DNA from: the human T2T-CHM13v2.0 reference genome, Homo sapiens
Reading direction: 5' to 3' (one strand)
Assembly: GCF_009914755.1 (NCBI RefSeq)
Contig: NC_060929.1
DNA length: 64,000 bases
Shown: piece by piece, positions 12,575 through 27,799 of the stretch
How the letters are laid out: each line of letters begins with the position of its first letter
How positions within the stretch are numbered: position 1 is the first letter of the stretch
Made by a program: the position numbers and the translations under genes
The notes under the pieces: model-generated
The model's database searches: none
What the model was told of the DNA's origin: nothing
The model's input: the letters and a program-made list of their open reading frames with translations, nothing else

Positions 12575-13039
12575 CTGAAATGAAAAAAGAAAATAGTTCT
12601 TCAATAAGCTCAAGTGAGATTTGGAAAAATTACGCTGGTATGTTCTGATCTAAAGATCTAAAGAATAAATATGCGTATGTTGAACAGATGTATTAATCCT
12701 ATATTTGGAGTTGCAATATAGGGTAGACTCAACTAAAAGGATAAAAAGAAAAAACATTCAAGGGTGATTTGTTTTTATTAGAAGAAAGATAGTTGTCTGT
12801 TAGACTATTTTTTGTCTATACTGCCCTTCAAGAATCATACCAGGTCACTTATTGTTCATCTCTCTCAGTCTCAGCTGCCTCTGAAACTATACTTGCTTAT
12901 CTCATTTGTTTATTCACTCATGCTCTTTAAGCCATTTCACTCAACAAAATGTATTGAGCAACTGCTTCCTCCTAGGCTCTGGGTAAGTACCTGCATTAAA
13001 GCAATGTTAGCCCCTGACCTCACGGGGCTTATAATTTAG

Positions 13040-13225
13040 TGCTATGTTTCCCGAAGTGTGGGCCACTCATCACTTACATCAGAATTGCCTGAATTGTTTT
13101 TGTAGAAATGCAGATTTCTCACCCATCCTAGCCTAACATATCAGAAGATGTCAGGTTGAATCCTAGAAATGCATATTTTAATAAGCCACTCAGGAGTTTT
13201 GATGTTTTAAATCTATGGCTTAAAT
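13040..13225. mobile_element. MER5-like hAT-Charlie remnant (a similar one lies at ~14030-14180)
   Basis: catcagaattgcctg...aaatgcagatttctc...aaatgcatattttaataagccactcaggagttttgatg. Confidence 0.6.
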
Positions 13226-15249
13226 GAATGGATTCAAAATTTAACGAAACAAAATAGTGCCTCCAAACAGCATTACCTAAGTTAGTGTCTTGGTGAAATT
13301 CTGTTTAACCAAGTTGTGGACATGGCAGAAGAAGTGCATGTCCCTTGTGGTTGATGGCAAAATTCCTCAGACTTCTAGCCTCTTTATGGAAGAAGCAGGT
13401 AGCTGGGCAGTGAGCACACACACATGAACTGATTGGAACTGGCAGAAATCCCAAGCCACCATTTCTTCAGCGTTACTGGCATTCACTCTGAAATTATTAA
13501 GACTGGTCCCTATGAACCTCTGCACCAGCAGTCCTGGCCTAGTGACCTGGGAGTACTCTGGTAATGTGTGAGACACATAGGAAAAATGGTGAATGCAACA
13601 AGCCTAGTCTCACTTTGAAACTGTGAGGCATTTAGAAAGGTAAGGATTCTTACCACCTGGAAAAGAACGTTCTGTTTTTTGTTTTTAGTAATAGAAATCT
13701 CTAAAAGAGGAGTAGAAAGGAAAATGCACATACTAAAAGCAACCATGAGAAGTGAAATGGTCACTATCTCCAGCTCTACAGAAAACAAAGAAAGGTTACA
13801 GGCTTATTTTTCCAGAAAAGCACCTCCACTTTTCATTCTTACCATTCTCACTTATTGAAACTTGAACTGAATTAAATTTCTTCTAAAGTCTAGTGAGTTT
13901 CTACTCTAAATTGCCTCCAGTCACACAAGGGTTAAGGTCTCCAACTAAAGAATCTCTGTCTTAGGTGACACTTGTGCTTCTGTCTTGTTTGAGTGCACCA
14001 GGATAATGCACAGGACAAAGCTAAGCTCAAGAGGTGGCTTCCAAGCACATTTAAATCACCAGGGGATTATTTTCAAAATACACTTGCCTGAACTCTGCTA
14101 CTGACTTTTCCTAATTCCAGAATACCTGGAATTAGAAAAATTTGGTGATTCTAATGCACTGTTCAGGCTAGGAAGTCCTATTCTGAAGCCATGATGTCCC
14201 TATAGCTGAGAGATTAAGAACAGCAGTAAAGCCCCACTGATGCTACCTTACATGGGGATAGCAGTGGGCCTGTTGTGGCATTCATCACAGCTACAGTTAC
14301 ATCACAGTTTGGGTCATGACACAACTGTAGCTTGGTCCATGAGGAAAGGAACCCTGTCTTTTACATCTTCCCCGTCCAAGGCTTGGCGTATAGTAGATGC
14401 TCAACAAATATTTGTTGAACGAATGGCTAAAGATGCTGTCGTCTTAGACTGTTTTGCCAACTTGAAATTCTTGAAAATCATCCTTGTTTGTACCCAAAGG
14501 CAAAGATTCCTCTCTCATATACTCACTTTTGAATAAGTGCAGCAAGAAATTCTGAGTATAGCAGCTGCCTTCATTTAAACAATGTGATAAAAATCTTTCT
14601 GCTCAAGCTGAATTTAATAAACACACACAATAAACTCATCCAAATGGAAAAATGCCCCTACTCTTTTCCTGACTGAGAACAGATCTTCCCAAGGTAGGGA
14701 AATAGCAGCGGGAGGGGAAACCAGAGAAACTTCCACTCTAAGGATTCACAAGAGGAAATAAACTGAGAACGCAGACTTTGGATTGAAGTCCATCTGCCTC
14801 CTCAGGGGCTAGAATTAACTGCCAGAGAGTTTGGTTTCCAGGGAAGCTGAAAGCAGGGCTGGGACCTCTGGCTGCTGCCCTGAAAACTTGGATAAAGGGA
14901 GGAGTACAGTTCTAATATCACTGGGTTGCCTCCCACGGGACCAAGGCATTTGGGCTCTCTAAAGAAAATGATTTCATTATCTTTGGGTGTGTGGTGGAAG
15001 TGGGCGAAAGTGCTGTCAGGGTCCTGACTAATTAGCCTCCTTGGTCATGGTGAGAGGAAACTGTACACTTACCTCACCTCCCCCACCAGCAAGACAACAT
15101 GGAGAGTCTGAAATCACAACAGCTGGAGCCCTGCATGGCTGGGGTACTGCCTGCCCACAAGCCTGCAGCTGGGCTTGGGAGGCAAGGGATCCCAGATATG
15201 CCATCTCTGAGTAAAGATACCCACTGAGGTATATCACCTTAGGGGCAAA

Positions 15250-15450
15250 GATTTCGTTTTCCTAGTTATTTGCTGTGATCCTTGGGCCAGTGACGTAATC
15301 TTTCTGAGCCTGGATGGTCTCATGTATAAAATAGGGAGGATGATAGCATCTTTAAAGGGTTGGGTGAAAATTAAATGAGAATACACCAGAAAATTTACTA
15401 GTTCCTGGCACACAGTAGTCAGTGCTCACCAAACGGCACCTGCTATCAGG
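15250..15450 (+). mobile_element. MIR remnant
   Basis: tgctgtgatccttgggccagtgacgtaatctttctgagcct...aaaattaaatgagaata...cctggcacacagtag. Confidence 0.7.
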
Positions 15451-16385
15451 AAACTAATGGTCCGAGATGAGGGGAGGCCTAGACATTGTTCCTACACCCC
15501 TGCTGACCACATTCACCAAGTTCTGGTCAACTTCTAAAATAAAAGCACAGCCCAAGTATTAGTGAGCTATGGAATGCATCTGTTTTGGCTCACTTCAATA
15601 GCTACTGCCTGGCACAAAGTGCTCAGGAAATACTCTTTGAAGGAATGAATAACGGTTTCTTGTTGCCAACATTATCAAATGGATGAAGAAAGCTCACTCT
15701 TTTTTTTTCGGGCTGTCTCCTCCTAGCAAAGGCCAATCTTGAGATGTTTCTGAGAAACAAAACCCTTCCTAAGACACATCTGTCCATCTATTCCATTAAG
15801 CAGCCCAGGAGATGGAGAGATAACTGCTTCCTTCTTCCTTACAAATGATCAATTTGGGCCTTGGGGCCCTCACTTTCGTCACTCTTTCCTCAAGTTTCTC
15901 AATATGATTTCTAGGAATCCAGTGAGACCTTTGCTCCTCATGAGACCTAAATTCTCTATTATCTAAGGCTATGAGTTCCACAGACTTGGATCCAATCTCT
16001 GGCTTCTGAGAAATGCTGCCTTACGGTCTTTCTTTATGACAGAGAATGTCTTGTAGCTTTGACACATTTTCAGAAGAGAATCAGCAAATGCTCTCCCATT
16101 AAATGTTCCAATTTGAAATCCTCCTCTTCCAGGATGCCTTTTCTGATTCTCCAACAATGGCCAGCCCTCTTTCTGTTTTACCTCATCTTCTAGTTTCATT
16201 GCTTGTCTACATTCCCCTCTGTTTCTTCCACCTAAATTGTGAGGTACCTTGGAGCAGGTTCTGTCTTTAGCAAGGTACTTATGATGGTGCCTTGCACATA
16301 TTGAGAGCTCAAGCAGCACTGAAGAAATGAAGAAGAAAATGGAATGCAGACCCAAAGCACGCTCCAGGGAGCTGCACGGTGTTAC

Positions 16386-16466
16386 CTGGGCAATGATATC
16401 CCCATTCTCAGCATGAACTTGAGCAATGGCCCCCAGCTCTCCCAGGCAGGTGAAGATCTCATAGAG
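16386..16466 (-). CDS. DPYSL3: DPYSL3 exon 6 (81 nt; LYEIFTCLGELGAIAQVHAENGDIIAQ)
   Basis: Acceptor ctatttcag|CTC, donor CAG|gtaaca; contains the HAENG motif. Confidence 0.96.
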
Positions 16467-17373
16467 CTGAAATAGAAATGAGTCTTTGTCACTCTTGCAA
16501 GCACTTTTAGCAGCCCCACAGAAGGGCCAATTACCAGAGCCCAAGCTAAAACAGATGGGATAAAGCAGAGGAAATAAGTCACTAGGGCAGAAATATATAT
16601 TACATAGGCATGACCAAAGAGGAGTGCTAGTCCAAAGAAATCCCAGGAAACTCTGACTATATAAAGAACCTACCATGTTCCCTAGGCTGGCAGAGCAAAT
16701 ATATAATAAAGTACCACCAACTCCTCTCCTCTGCCTCTAGCACACATTTTTAATGGAATTATTTTCCCATTGAGCTGAGAGACAGTCTCAGAATTCTTCT
16801 CAACAAATGCTCTAGAAAACCACTACAGCCAGGCCAGAAACAAACACAAAAACTGAAACCCTTATCTCTTAACCTGTGAAGGCAGACATACCTTCACCTC
16901 TAAGCAGGAGGCATGGGAATTCATTTCTTGTATTTCCTCTGAAAACATAGCCTCTGTCTAAAGCAAACGCATGTCATGAATTTCTTAGGGGGAGAGTCAG
17001 AGGCAAGGCAGTAGGATTATTCCAATCAGCAGAAGGCCCTCCTGGTCCTGCAGGCGAAGAGCCTCACACTTTCACTGGGCTTATGAGGGGTTTGGAGCTT
17101 GTTTGGTAGATGGAAATTTAGGCATGTTCCTCCTCTTGCCGTTTAAGAAAGCTGCTGCCAGTGGAAACTCTAGCTCCCTGTCTGTCTTGCCATGGGCACC
17201 CTGCCTGTTACCTTATTTAAAATGTAGCGTGGACTGCAAAGGCTTCAAGAAGCATTCTGGCCCAGTGGTCTCCCACAGTGACCACAGTGATTCATGTTAC
17301 AAGGGCCAAGGTCATCAACAACAATAGGAAACCCATCCAGATACCCCAAACCACATAGCAAATGGGTTGTTAC

Positions 17374-17435
17374 CTCTGTGTTAGATACTTGATACAAATC
17401 CTTATAAGCCATATAAACCATGAAGGAGTTAACCC
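17374..17435 (-). CDS. DPYSL3: DPYSL3 exon 5 (62 nt; GVNSFMVYMAYKDLYQVSNTE)
   Basis: Acceptor cttttgcag|GG, donor GAG|gtaaca; phase 1/0. Confidence 0.96.
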
Positions 17436-17764
17436 CTGCAAAAGAGGGACAGGAGGAAAAACAAGAGAAAGACAACATTATCATGACTGTCCTCCATCCT
17501 TTGCTCCCACTTCCATCGACCATAGCACCCAGCTGCATTACCCGGGCTCCTGTCCAACATAAAGCAGATATTTATATTCTTCAAGAGCATTTTGCTCTGC
17601 CCACCCTTGCCCCATAAAATCAACAATTCCTAACAGATGTCATAGCAGAATGGTCTCTTCTTCTGTGCCTCTTTCTAAACTCCCCTGTCCAGCATCCCCT
17701 AGCCCAGAAGGTCAATAAACTTTGTTATTGCTCAAGGCAGTAGTAGGTGGCATTAAGAATCACT

Positions 17765-17995
17765 CTAGCACACCAGTTGTGTTCATACCCTGGGGGCTGC
17801 ACCACTGAAATCCACCACATACTAGTTCAGTGAGCTTGGGATACTTAACCTCTCCAGACCTCGGTTTCCTCACCTGTTAAATGGAAAAATAACAATACCC
17901 TACTTCATAAAGTGGTTGTGAATATTAAAGGAGAGAATACATACAGAGCTCTTAGCACCAGGCTTGGCACATATTTGGTTTCCAATTAATGGATC
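17765..17995 (+). mobile_element. MIR remnant
   Basis: acttaacctctccagacctcggtttcctcacctgttaaatggaaaaataacaatacc...cttagcaccaggcttggcacata. Confidence 0.75.
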
Positions 17996-19486
17996 TCCTG
18001 GGATCAGTTCATTTTACTGTGCAGGGTGTTGGATCAGAAAGGAGAACTAAGATACAGATCCTACCCTTAGGGAACTAATGGGCAGGTTTTACCTTGTGCT
18101 TAAATATCTTAAGTTGTAAGGTTTATATGTAAAGATCTATTTAGATCTCTCCCCAAATAAACTACTAATACAGTGATTTACAGAAATAGGTGGGACTGGG
18201 GAACTGAGAATCATTTTGAGGAAAGGGGGATAATTTTGGTCTCTAACCATTAGAGCCTTCTCAGCCCACAGTATTCTGGGCCAAAACTGGGTTGTAATTT
18301 GAGAACTTCCCTACCCAGAGTGGTTCAACTCAGGGCAGTCTTCCCAAACACTACCCTTCCCAAAAGCCTCTACATTATCCATGGAATGATCCAGGCTCTT
18401 TGATAAAGAAGTGAGTGTTAAAGCCGTTCGATTTTCTACGCCGGTTGAGATGCCCAGTATAAACGCAAATACAGAAAGAAGGAGTTAATCTCACATTCTG
18501 TGTCACCAAAGATTTTGCAGGGCTTGTGGGGTAAGGAGGGGATGGAAAGAAAATATCATCCTCTGAGGGGGTCATCCTTTCCCTGCCATCCCAGGGCACA
18601 CTCTTCCAGTGGACTCCTAGCATTTGTGTCTAGACTACTCCTTTGGTAATGGTTCTTGCACACTATGACATTTATTCTGTTGTTCTTCATGAGCCTGTTT
18701 TCTTTTGCCTTGGGTGTTCAGCAAAGGCCATTACTTACACTTCTCTAAGACCCCCAGGCCGCCTTACAATGCTGAGCACATTGTGCATATGTGTGCCTGT
18801 ATGTGGGGGGGAGGGGTTTGCAATATCTGTTGATCAAAAAGAAGCAGAGAATGGAGGAATCTAAGAAGACAGTGGAACCTAAATCATGTACTCACTGAGA
18901 GGACACACGCTGGCAAACACACAGAAACATATATACATATACATGAACATGTTTTCACACCCTAAGCTCCCAGCCTGAGTACCAATACATCCTTGCTCCT
19001 AGAAATGCCTTAGCCTTGTCTAAGGATGCCATTGTTATATGATAGTAAGGGTTTGATCTCTACAGCAAAAATGATACAGGTTAAAAATCCCTAATCTCAT
19101 AGGTCATACTAGCCATACAACCTTATGTAAGATTAGTTAGCCTCTCCTAACCTCAGTTTCTTCCTCTTCAGAATGGGCAATATTGCATGGAGGTGAAGAG
19201 CATAGAATTTGGATACACCTACTGCTTACTAATGCTATGATCTTGGGCTGCTTATTCTGAGCCTCAGTTTCTCCATCTGCAAAGTGGGGAAAACAATCAC
19301 TATCTCATGGGGATCCTGTAAGAAGTAAATAAAGTGCCTGGAACATTGTGTTATCCCTACATCCAGTGCTCACACTCAAGGTTCCAGGCTCCAAGTAAAA
19401 GACAGTGACTGAAATGAGTGGATGGTGTTGGAAGGACTGGCAAGAAGAAGCTAAGAGAGGAGGGAGGACGGCATGTCCGGGCTCAC

Positions 19487-19651
19487 CTTTGTCCTTGATG
19501 AGGTTCTGCACTTCCTGCTTGACGCTGTCATTCCAGTGGGTGATGTCCACATGCAGGGCATAGTCACAGCAACTCTTCCCATCAGCCCACTCTCTCCATT
19601 TCTCATAGGCCTCAGTCAGGCTGGACTCAGGCTCAGGCACCACATGGTCAA
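19487..19651 (-). CDS. DPYSL3: DPYSL3 exon 4 (165 nt; IDHVVPEPESSLTEAYEKW...NLIKDK)
   Basis: Acceptor gtcattcag|TT, donor AAG|gtgagc; phase 1/1. Codon 141 (19542-19544) is ATC/Ile. Confidence 0.96.
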
Positions 19652-21635
19652 CTGAATGACAGAGACCCCAGATGAGTCACTCTCAGACACAGCCTTTGCT
19701 CCCCTCTGCCCAGGCCTGCTCCTGCTTGCTTAGCTGTGACTGCAGAATCTCTATTTCCTGAGCATGGAATTAACTTTTGAAGGGGTTCCCTGATAGTTTC
19801 AAGAATGCTGATCACTTAAATGTCACAAAGCTATGTGATTTGGGGCAAATTACTAGCTTCCCTAAATCTCAGTTTTCTTTCCTTTAAGTTGGTGCCAAGT
19901 GGGGTGGGAGTCAGGGTGTTACTAGTGCCTTTCTTCTGAATTTATAAGATTAAATGGGAAAATGCATGTAAAGTACTTCATCTAATGCCTGGCTCATGGT
20001 AAGTGCTCAATAAATGTTAGCCATCAATGAGTGCCTACTATGTGTCATTATTACTAGTACTGTGGGGAGGTCACTGCTAGTGAAAAAGGTCAGACTCTCT
20101 TCCAAGGGCGAAAGCGAGGTTTAAAGCTAAGTTAGGGCATAAGACATTGAGGCTCTCTGCTATAGGACAAAGCTGGTGTCAGTTACATAAACCTGATACT
20201 GGGCCCGCAGATCTTATTTCCATGGAAACTTCTTGTCAAGAATCTGGTTTCTTTGAGGCCCAAATCTACTCTTTCACCCACAACCATGGATACATTTTTT
20301 TTAAACAATGGCATCTACAGTTGATGAAGAAAAGGCAAAAGTTACACTTTCATAGTTCCCCTGAACAGCTGAGGCAAAGTACAAGTAAGGACAAAGTACA
20401 GCTAAGGACAACTTTCCAGAGAGCAGCTCTGAAATATACATAAAAAACCCGGACATTTTTCAAACCTTAACCCAACATTTATTCCCACACCTACGAATTA
20501 TTCCTAGGGAAATAAATGAGGCTGTATACAAAATTTTGGTTCCAAGGATGTTTGCTACTTATTTATCTAAGTGAAAAATTGGAAACAATTGAAATTGTTA
20601 ACAATAGAGAAGTTAGGTTAAATACATAAATGCTTTATAAAATGGATGACTAGGAATCCACTTTAAATGTTGGGGTAGAACAAAAATGAATGCAAAGATA
20701 CCCATGACATATTATTTAGCAAAAATGGAAGGTTAAAATATAATACATATACTGTGATCCTAGTTTGGCCAAATAGGATTTTAAAAATGTGTACAATATA
20801 CAGCCAAACTCTAACAGCGATGTGGGATTAGGAGGTTTATTTTCTTTTTGCATCTCTAGGTTTCCTAATTTATCTATGAAGGACACAATTGCTTTTGTGG
20901 TTCTTTGTAAGTTTTACTCTCGTCACGGGGAATCTGACTTCCCTAATGCAGATGGCCAAGCATAATACAAATCTCAAGGATGCCAAACAGGTCCAACTCC
21001 TTGCCCAGATGGCAGAAAGCCAAGCCAAGATCACTCATTCCCGTAGTCTTCTATCAAAAGCAGCCTGAGTGCACTTATCGGAAAGCAAATGCGTGGAGCT
21101 ACATTACTAATGTCTGGGGCAACACCAGGACTTTCATCAGCAGGCAGCTGCTGAGAAGTCAGCAGGCTTCCACCCTTCAGCTGGAGAATTGCACCCTGAA
21201 TTGCACCTTTTATGGCTTTGGTGCAATTTTTCTGGGCTTCCACACCCAACTAGCTGAAGCTGAACCCTGCTTATGCTCCTGTCAAAAGGAAGTAAAAGAC
21301 AGTGAATAATTCTACAGCTCAGGCTGTCCTGTGTTCTCAGGGGATGTATATGGTGTTAAAATAAACAGTGCTCTCTGCCTGACCAAGTTTGGGGCCAGCA
21401 CTGGGATGGGGCCCAATTCATCAGGATTCCTTTGGGACAGGAAGGACTGCCCTGGAATGCTATTGGTTCAGTAATCCAATGGCATGCAACTCCCTAGATT
21501 TTTTTTGGAATTGCAATAGAAAAAACAAAACAAAACAAAATTTAAAAACAAGAGAAACCACTCCTACAGCTTGCCAAATGTTAAAGATATGAATTGGTCA
21601 AAATACAGCGCAGACCATAAGCACTAAATGCAAGT

Positions 21636-21757
21636 GGAAGTCAAAGATGCAGATGCCTCCAGCGCCAGTTGCTTTTATGACATGACCAGCGTCCCAGTAG
21701 AAGCTTTAAACCAAGCTCAGCGATTTTGAAAACCTCCACCAGACACAGCTTTACCCA
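21636..21757. repeat. Local direct repeat copy A (intron 3)
   Basis: 104/122 ungapped identity to 23004-23125 by hand alignment. Confidence 0.9.
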
Positions 21758-22224
21758 CTGAAGTTTACAAAATTTCCGAGAAATGTAATTCTCCATAATC
21801 CCTCTCTCCGTGATACTCCTTAGCTCCATTCACGCTGCTCTGCCCTCCTTTCTCAGACCCAAGTGGGCAGTTTTGAAATAATGTTTCATCTTCTATCCAT
21901 AACTTTTTAAGTCTACTTTCACCTCTTACTAGCCCAGAGATGCTATTTCCTATTCTCCACTCATTGCAGGAGCCAGCGCCTGCTGCTAAGGTAGACAAGA
22001 GGGCAGGTGCTGCCATGACCAAGAGCCTCATGAATCTCCTCTTTAGTTACAGGGAGCTGCCCATTTCCTCAGCTCAATCTGCTTTTCTCAGGTCCCATCA
22101 GGCAACACATCTATAAACTGAACTGGGACAAGTATACAAGTTATAGTAAGAGAGTTCTGGAGATAACACATTCATTAAACACACACTTCTGAGAAACAGG
22201 AGTGTGTAAAATATGAAGACTTAC

Positions 22225-22409
22225 TGATCATGGTGGTGCCACCTGCTAAGGCCGCCTTTGTCCCTTGGAAGAAGTCATCTACTGTGGTCATTCCCTTATA
22301 TGGCATCTGGAAGTGAGTATGGACATCGATGCCTCCAGGGATCACCATCTTCCCATTGGCTTCAATGGTCTTCACTCCTCCAGGAACAATCAGATTGTCT
22401 CCAATTTGT
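22225..22409 (-). CDS. DPYSL3: DPYSL3 exon 3 (185 nt; [11 protein letters not shown]...DVHTH...AGGTTMI)
   Basis: Acceptor tttcaccag|A, donor TCA|gtaagt; phase 2/1; amidohydrolase PGGIDVHTH motif. Confidence 0.97.
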
Positions 22410-23003
22410 CTGGTGAAACAAACAAACAAAAAAATGATCAAACACTTGGTCATTTAAAAGTGCAATTTCCAAGACAAATATAGTGGTATAAGGATTTTAA
22501 ACAGTGTTACTTGTATTTATCAAATTAAACTTTGCAAGTGACTCACAAGCTTAGCAATCTATAAACAAAGATAGATATACACAGAAAACAATGTTTATAG
22601 TCACAGAATGATCTGATATGCCATTCGGTGGGACCACGTGTCCTGGTTTAGTACTATAACCCCAGGGGTCTGATAGTGTCTAGAATATAGTGTGTGTAAT
22701 ACTTTTTTCATATAAATATTTTTATTATTCCTTTCATTTTGTTCTTTAAGTTAAGGTGAGAAATAACATTTGGAGAAGAATCTAAAGAGTATAAAATAGT
22801 GCACTGTTAGAAGAGACTGAAGAAGATAATAGTAAATCATTTAAAGAACAGGTATGGGAACTCAGCTATCTTTTAAGTGGGGTCATCTTTGCTCCTAACA
22901 AAAGATTCTGTCTGGGTTATTTCCCACCTAAGTCTTCACTCCCAATTCCACCCTTTCCTGACCATTTATCAGCCAATCACAGCTGATGGCAGATTCACCA
23001 GGA

Positions 23004-23125
23004 GGAAGTCAAAGATGCAGATGCCTCCAGCACCAGCTGCCTTTATGACATGGTCAGTGTCCCAGTAGAAGCTTTTAGCCGAGCTGAGTGATTATGAGAA
23101 CCGCCACTAGACACGGCTTCGCCCA
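23004..23125. repeat. Local direct repeat copy B (intron 2)
   Basis: Starts with 28 nt identical to copy A: ggaagtcaaagatgcagatgcctccagc. Confidence 0.9.
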
Positions 23126-23904
23126 GGAAGCTTCAGAGCATCTTAGGGAGGAATAGGGGGGAGACTCAGGCAGAAGGAAGCCAATGAGTATCTCAAAGGC
23201 AAGCCTCCAAGGAAAGTGACAAATACAACTAGTCCCCACACAATGCTGCTTATAGATCAGCCAGTATTGCTTGGCTTATACGTGGTATCACATTTTTGAT
23301 TAAAATAGCTGGTTAAACATGTCCACTATGGATAACAGGGAGACCTATGATTCATAAGCCTCTATATGACCATTAAAAATCTCCTACCTTGGGATATCTG
23401 TACCTCACTGTCCATTGCATGAATATTTTCCCCTTTTATCCACGGACAGCCAAGAAAGACACTCTCTTGGGGCAGTAAGAAGTCTACCACTGGCCTCTCA
23501 AACTCCAAGTTCTGCGACTAAAATAAAGTATTCCTGACATCTCTAAGAGTTCAACTTTACCACATCACCACTGGGCCATTCCAGAGCCACCATAATTCAA
23601 AATATACTGGTAAAATGCAGCCTCTGATCCTAAGTCCATTCTAGTTCAGATACTGGCCAATTCTGTTCTCATTTTTCTCTCTCACAGGTTCTCCTTTAAG
23701 GAAAATTGAGAACCAAGGGCATGAAGAGTTGCCTGGCTTGTGTGTGTGTTTTCATCCATTTTGACAACTAGTTTAATACCAAGCCTGAAATAGAAATGGC
23801 TTCCCCCTTCGTCACTGCTCCACCAACGAAGGCCGCATTAATCCCTCAAGGCTCAGCTTCCATCTTCCCTCCTTCATCAAGTTTCTAGCAAAATCCAAGT
23901 CTAA

Positions 23905-24135
23905 TAATGAGTGAGACTGGATGTGGGCTATCTGGATTCACAATCCTGGCTCTGCTAGCTACTAGCTGTATAACCTTGGCCAAATTACCTTACCATGCTT
24001 CAATTCTTTCCTCTGTAAAATGTAATAAAGATGCCTCCTCCATAGGGTTGTGCTGCAGATTAAATGTGAATATATGTTAAGCCCATAAAACACTGTTAGG
24101 TAACTAAGAATTCAATAAATGTCAGCTACTATAAT
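23905..24135 (+). mobile_element. MIR remnant
   Basis: aatcctggctctgctagctactagctgtataaccttggccaaattacc...ctctgtaaaatg...catagggttgtgctgcagattaaatg. Confidence 0.8.
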
Positions 24136-24710
24136 TAATAATCAGTCCACTCCCTTCTCTGAATCTCACCTGTTCTATGAATATAATACTTGATATGCCA
24201 CTCCTTGGTAATGCTAGGTCCTTTGCATATATACAGATATCTCAGTTCCCCTAAAAGACTAAAAGGTCCCGGGGGAAGACAGCATGATGATTTGGGCCTT
24301 GATAATGAGTACCATACCGTGTGACATAGCATGAGTCCAATATCTCAAAAAATTGCCTGGCACATAACAAGTATTCCACAAATATTCACAGACAGACAAA
24401 CAACTATGTGATAGTTAGAGGAGGTTATTTCTGTTCTTATGCTCTGTGAGTTAAGAATGTTGTTGGAGACATACAAAATTTCAGGATTGAATTATGATCA
24501 TTTAACTCAACCTTCTCTCCACCACCAACACACACATCTGATGGTTAAATTCCTCCTACAACATCCTTGGCAAGTGGCCTTTCAGTCTTTCTAATAGAAA
24601 TGGCGAAAAGGAATCATCTTACACCTTCAACCCTGGTTGTAGATCCCTGAAGCACCATGTGAAGATGGATTCTAAACCTGTATTTAAGGCTCAATTGTAA
24701 AAAGTTCTGT

Positions 24711-24752
24711 GATCAGACAAGATCAGGCATGTTCAGGGTGGTATGGCCGTAG
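24711..24752 (-). pseudogene. 5S rRNA 5' fragment (about nt 3-44), tailless retrocopy
   Basis: Reverse complement CTACGGCCATACCACCCTGAACATGCCTGATCTTGTCTGATC versus human 5S CTACGGCCATACCACCCTGAACGCGCCCGATCTCGTCTGATC: 38/42, all four differences CpG transitions. Stops before the internal Pol III control region. Confidence 0.92.
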
Positions 24753-26792
<2,040 letters not shown>

Positions 26793-27474
26793 AAAAAGTT
26801 CTGTGAACAATTAGTGCTGCCTATGATGAGCTCTGAAATGAGGAAGCATTTGGTAACAAATTTTTCCCATTCTCTCCAAATGAGAGAGCTTGCTACCTCT
26901 GAATAGAGCCAACTATATATAATAATTTTTTAGTTAATAGAAAAACATAAAATCAATTGTGGCTTATATTTTGAAGAAATTATTGTCATATATTTTGGTT
27001 TTCCCATTGTTTCCATTTTTCTTACTTCCAATATAAGAAAGTAATAATGTAAATTGGCAAGGTAACTATGAACAAATATTTTTGGTTCTTGGATTTGTTC
27101 ATTCATTCATTCATTCACTCACTCATTCATTCAATGTTATTTGACTAATACATTAACTTTTAGCAAGTTATTTACACTCTATGTGCTGCTTTCTCCTCAT
27201 CTCAGGAAACAGAATAATAATAGTACAGTACTTACTTCAGAGGGCTGCTGGCTGATTGAGAGAAAGCATGCAAAACATTTAACATTGTGCCTGGCACATA
27301 CTACACACTCAATAAAAAGTAGCTCTTATCAAAATTTTTTGTGCTAAGTCCTGGGTTAAGAATTGGGATGTGGAATAAACAAGATATGTAAGATATGAGA
27401 GTAAGTAAGTCTCCTTACTCTCAAAGGAGACTAACAGTGTCAGAATTGCTATGATTGATGAAAGCACAAGCTGG

Positions 27475-27799
27475 TTTTGTTTGTTTGTTTGTTTGTTTGT
27501 TTTTGAGACAGAGCCTAGCTCTGTCACCCAGGGTGGAGTGCTGGAGTGCAGTGGCGCCATCTTGGCTCACTGCAACCTCTACCTCCTGGGTTCAAGTGAT
27601 TCCCTTGCCTCAGGTCCCTGAGTAGCTGGGACTGCAGGCATACACCAGCACACCCGGGTAATTTTTGTATTAGTAAAGACAGGGTTTCACCATGTTGCCC
27701 AGGCTGATCTCATACTCCTGAGCTCAAGTGATCTGTCCGCCTCGGCCTCCCAAAGTGCTGGGATTACAGGCACTTAATTACAGCCGCCATGCCCGGCCG
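27475..27799 (-). mobile_element. Older Alu (AluS/AluJ) with (TTTG)n tail
   Basis: Dimeric Alu in reverse orientation; small internal duplications tggagtgc-tggagtgc and attacag...attacag. Confidence 0.92.

Noticed and set aside
12572-12577. CAGGAG tandem (NAGNAG) acceptor at exon 7
   Set aside because: Distal GAG acceptors are rarely used; no evidence in the sequence.
15969-16676. 235-aa minus-strand ORF
   Set aside because: Only the 27 codons of exon 6 are real; the remainder is chance intronic read-through.
21636-23125. Direct-repeat unit as a snoRNA, duplicated exon or CRISPR-like repeat
   Set aside because: No terminal C/D or convincing H/ACA boxes, stops in the frames I translated, no CRMP similarity, and only two copies.
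24711-24752. Functional 5S rRNA gene
   Set aside because: Only 42 nt, lacks box A/IE/box C, and shows CpG decay.
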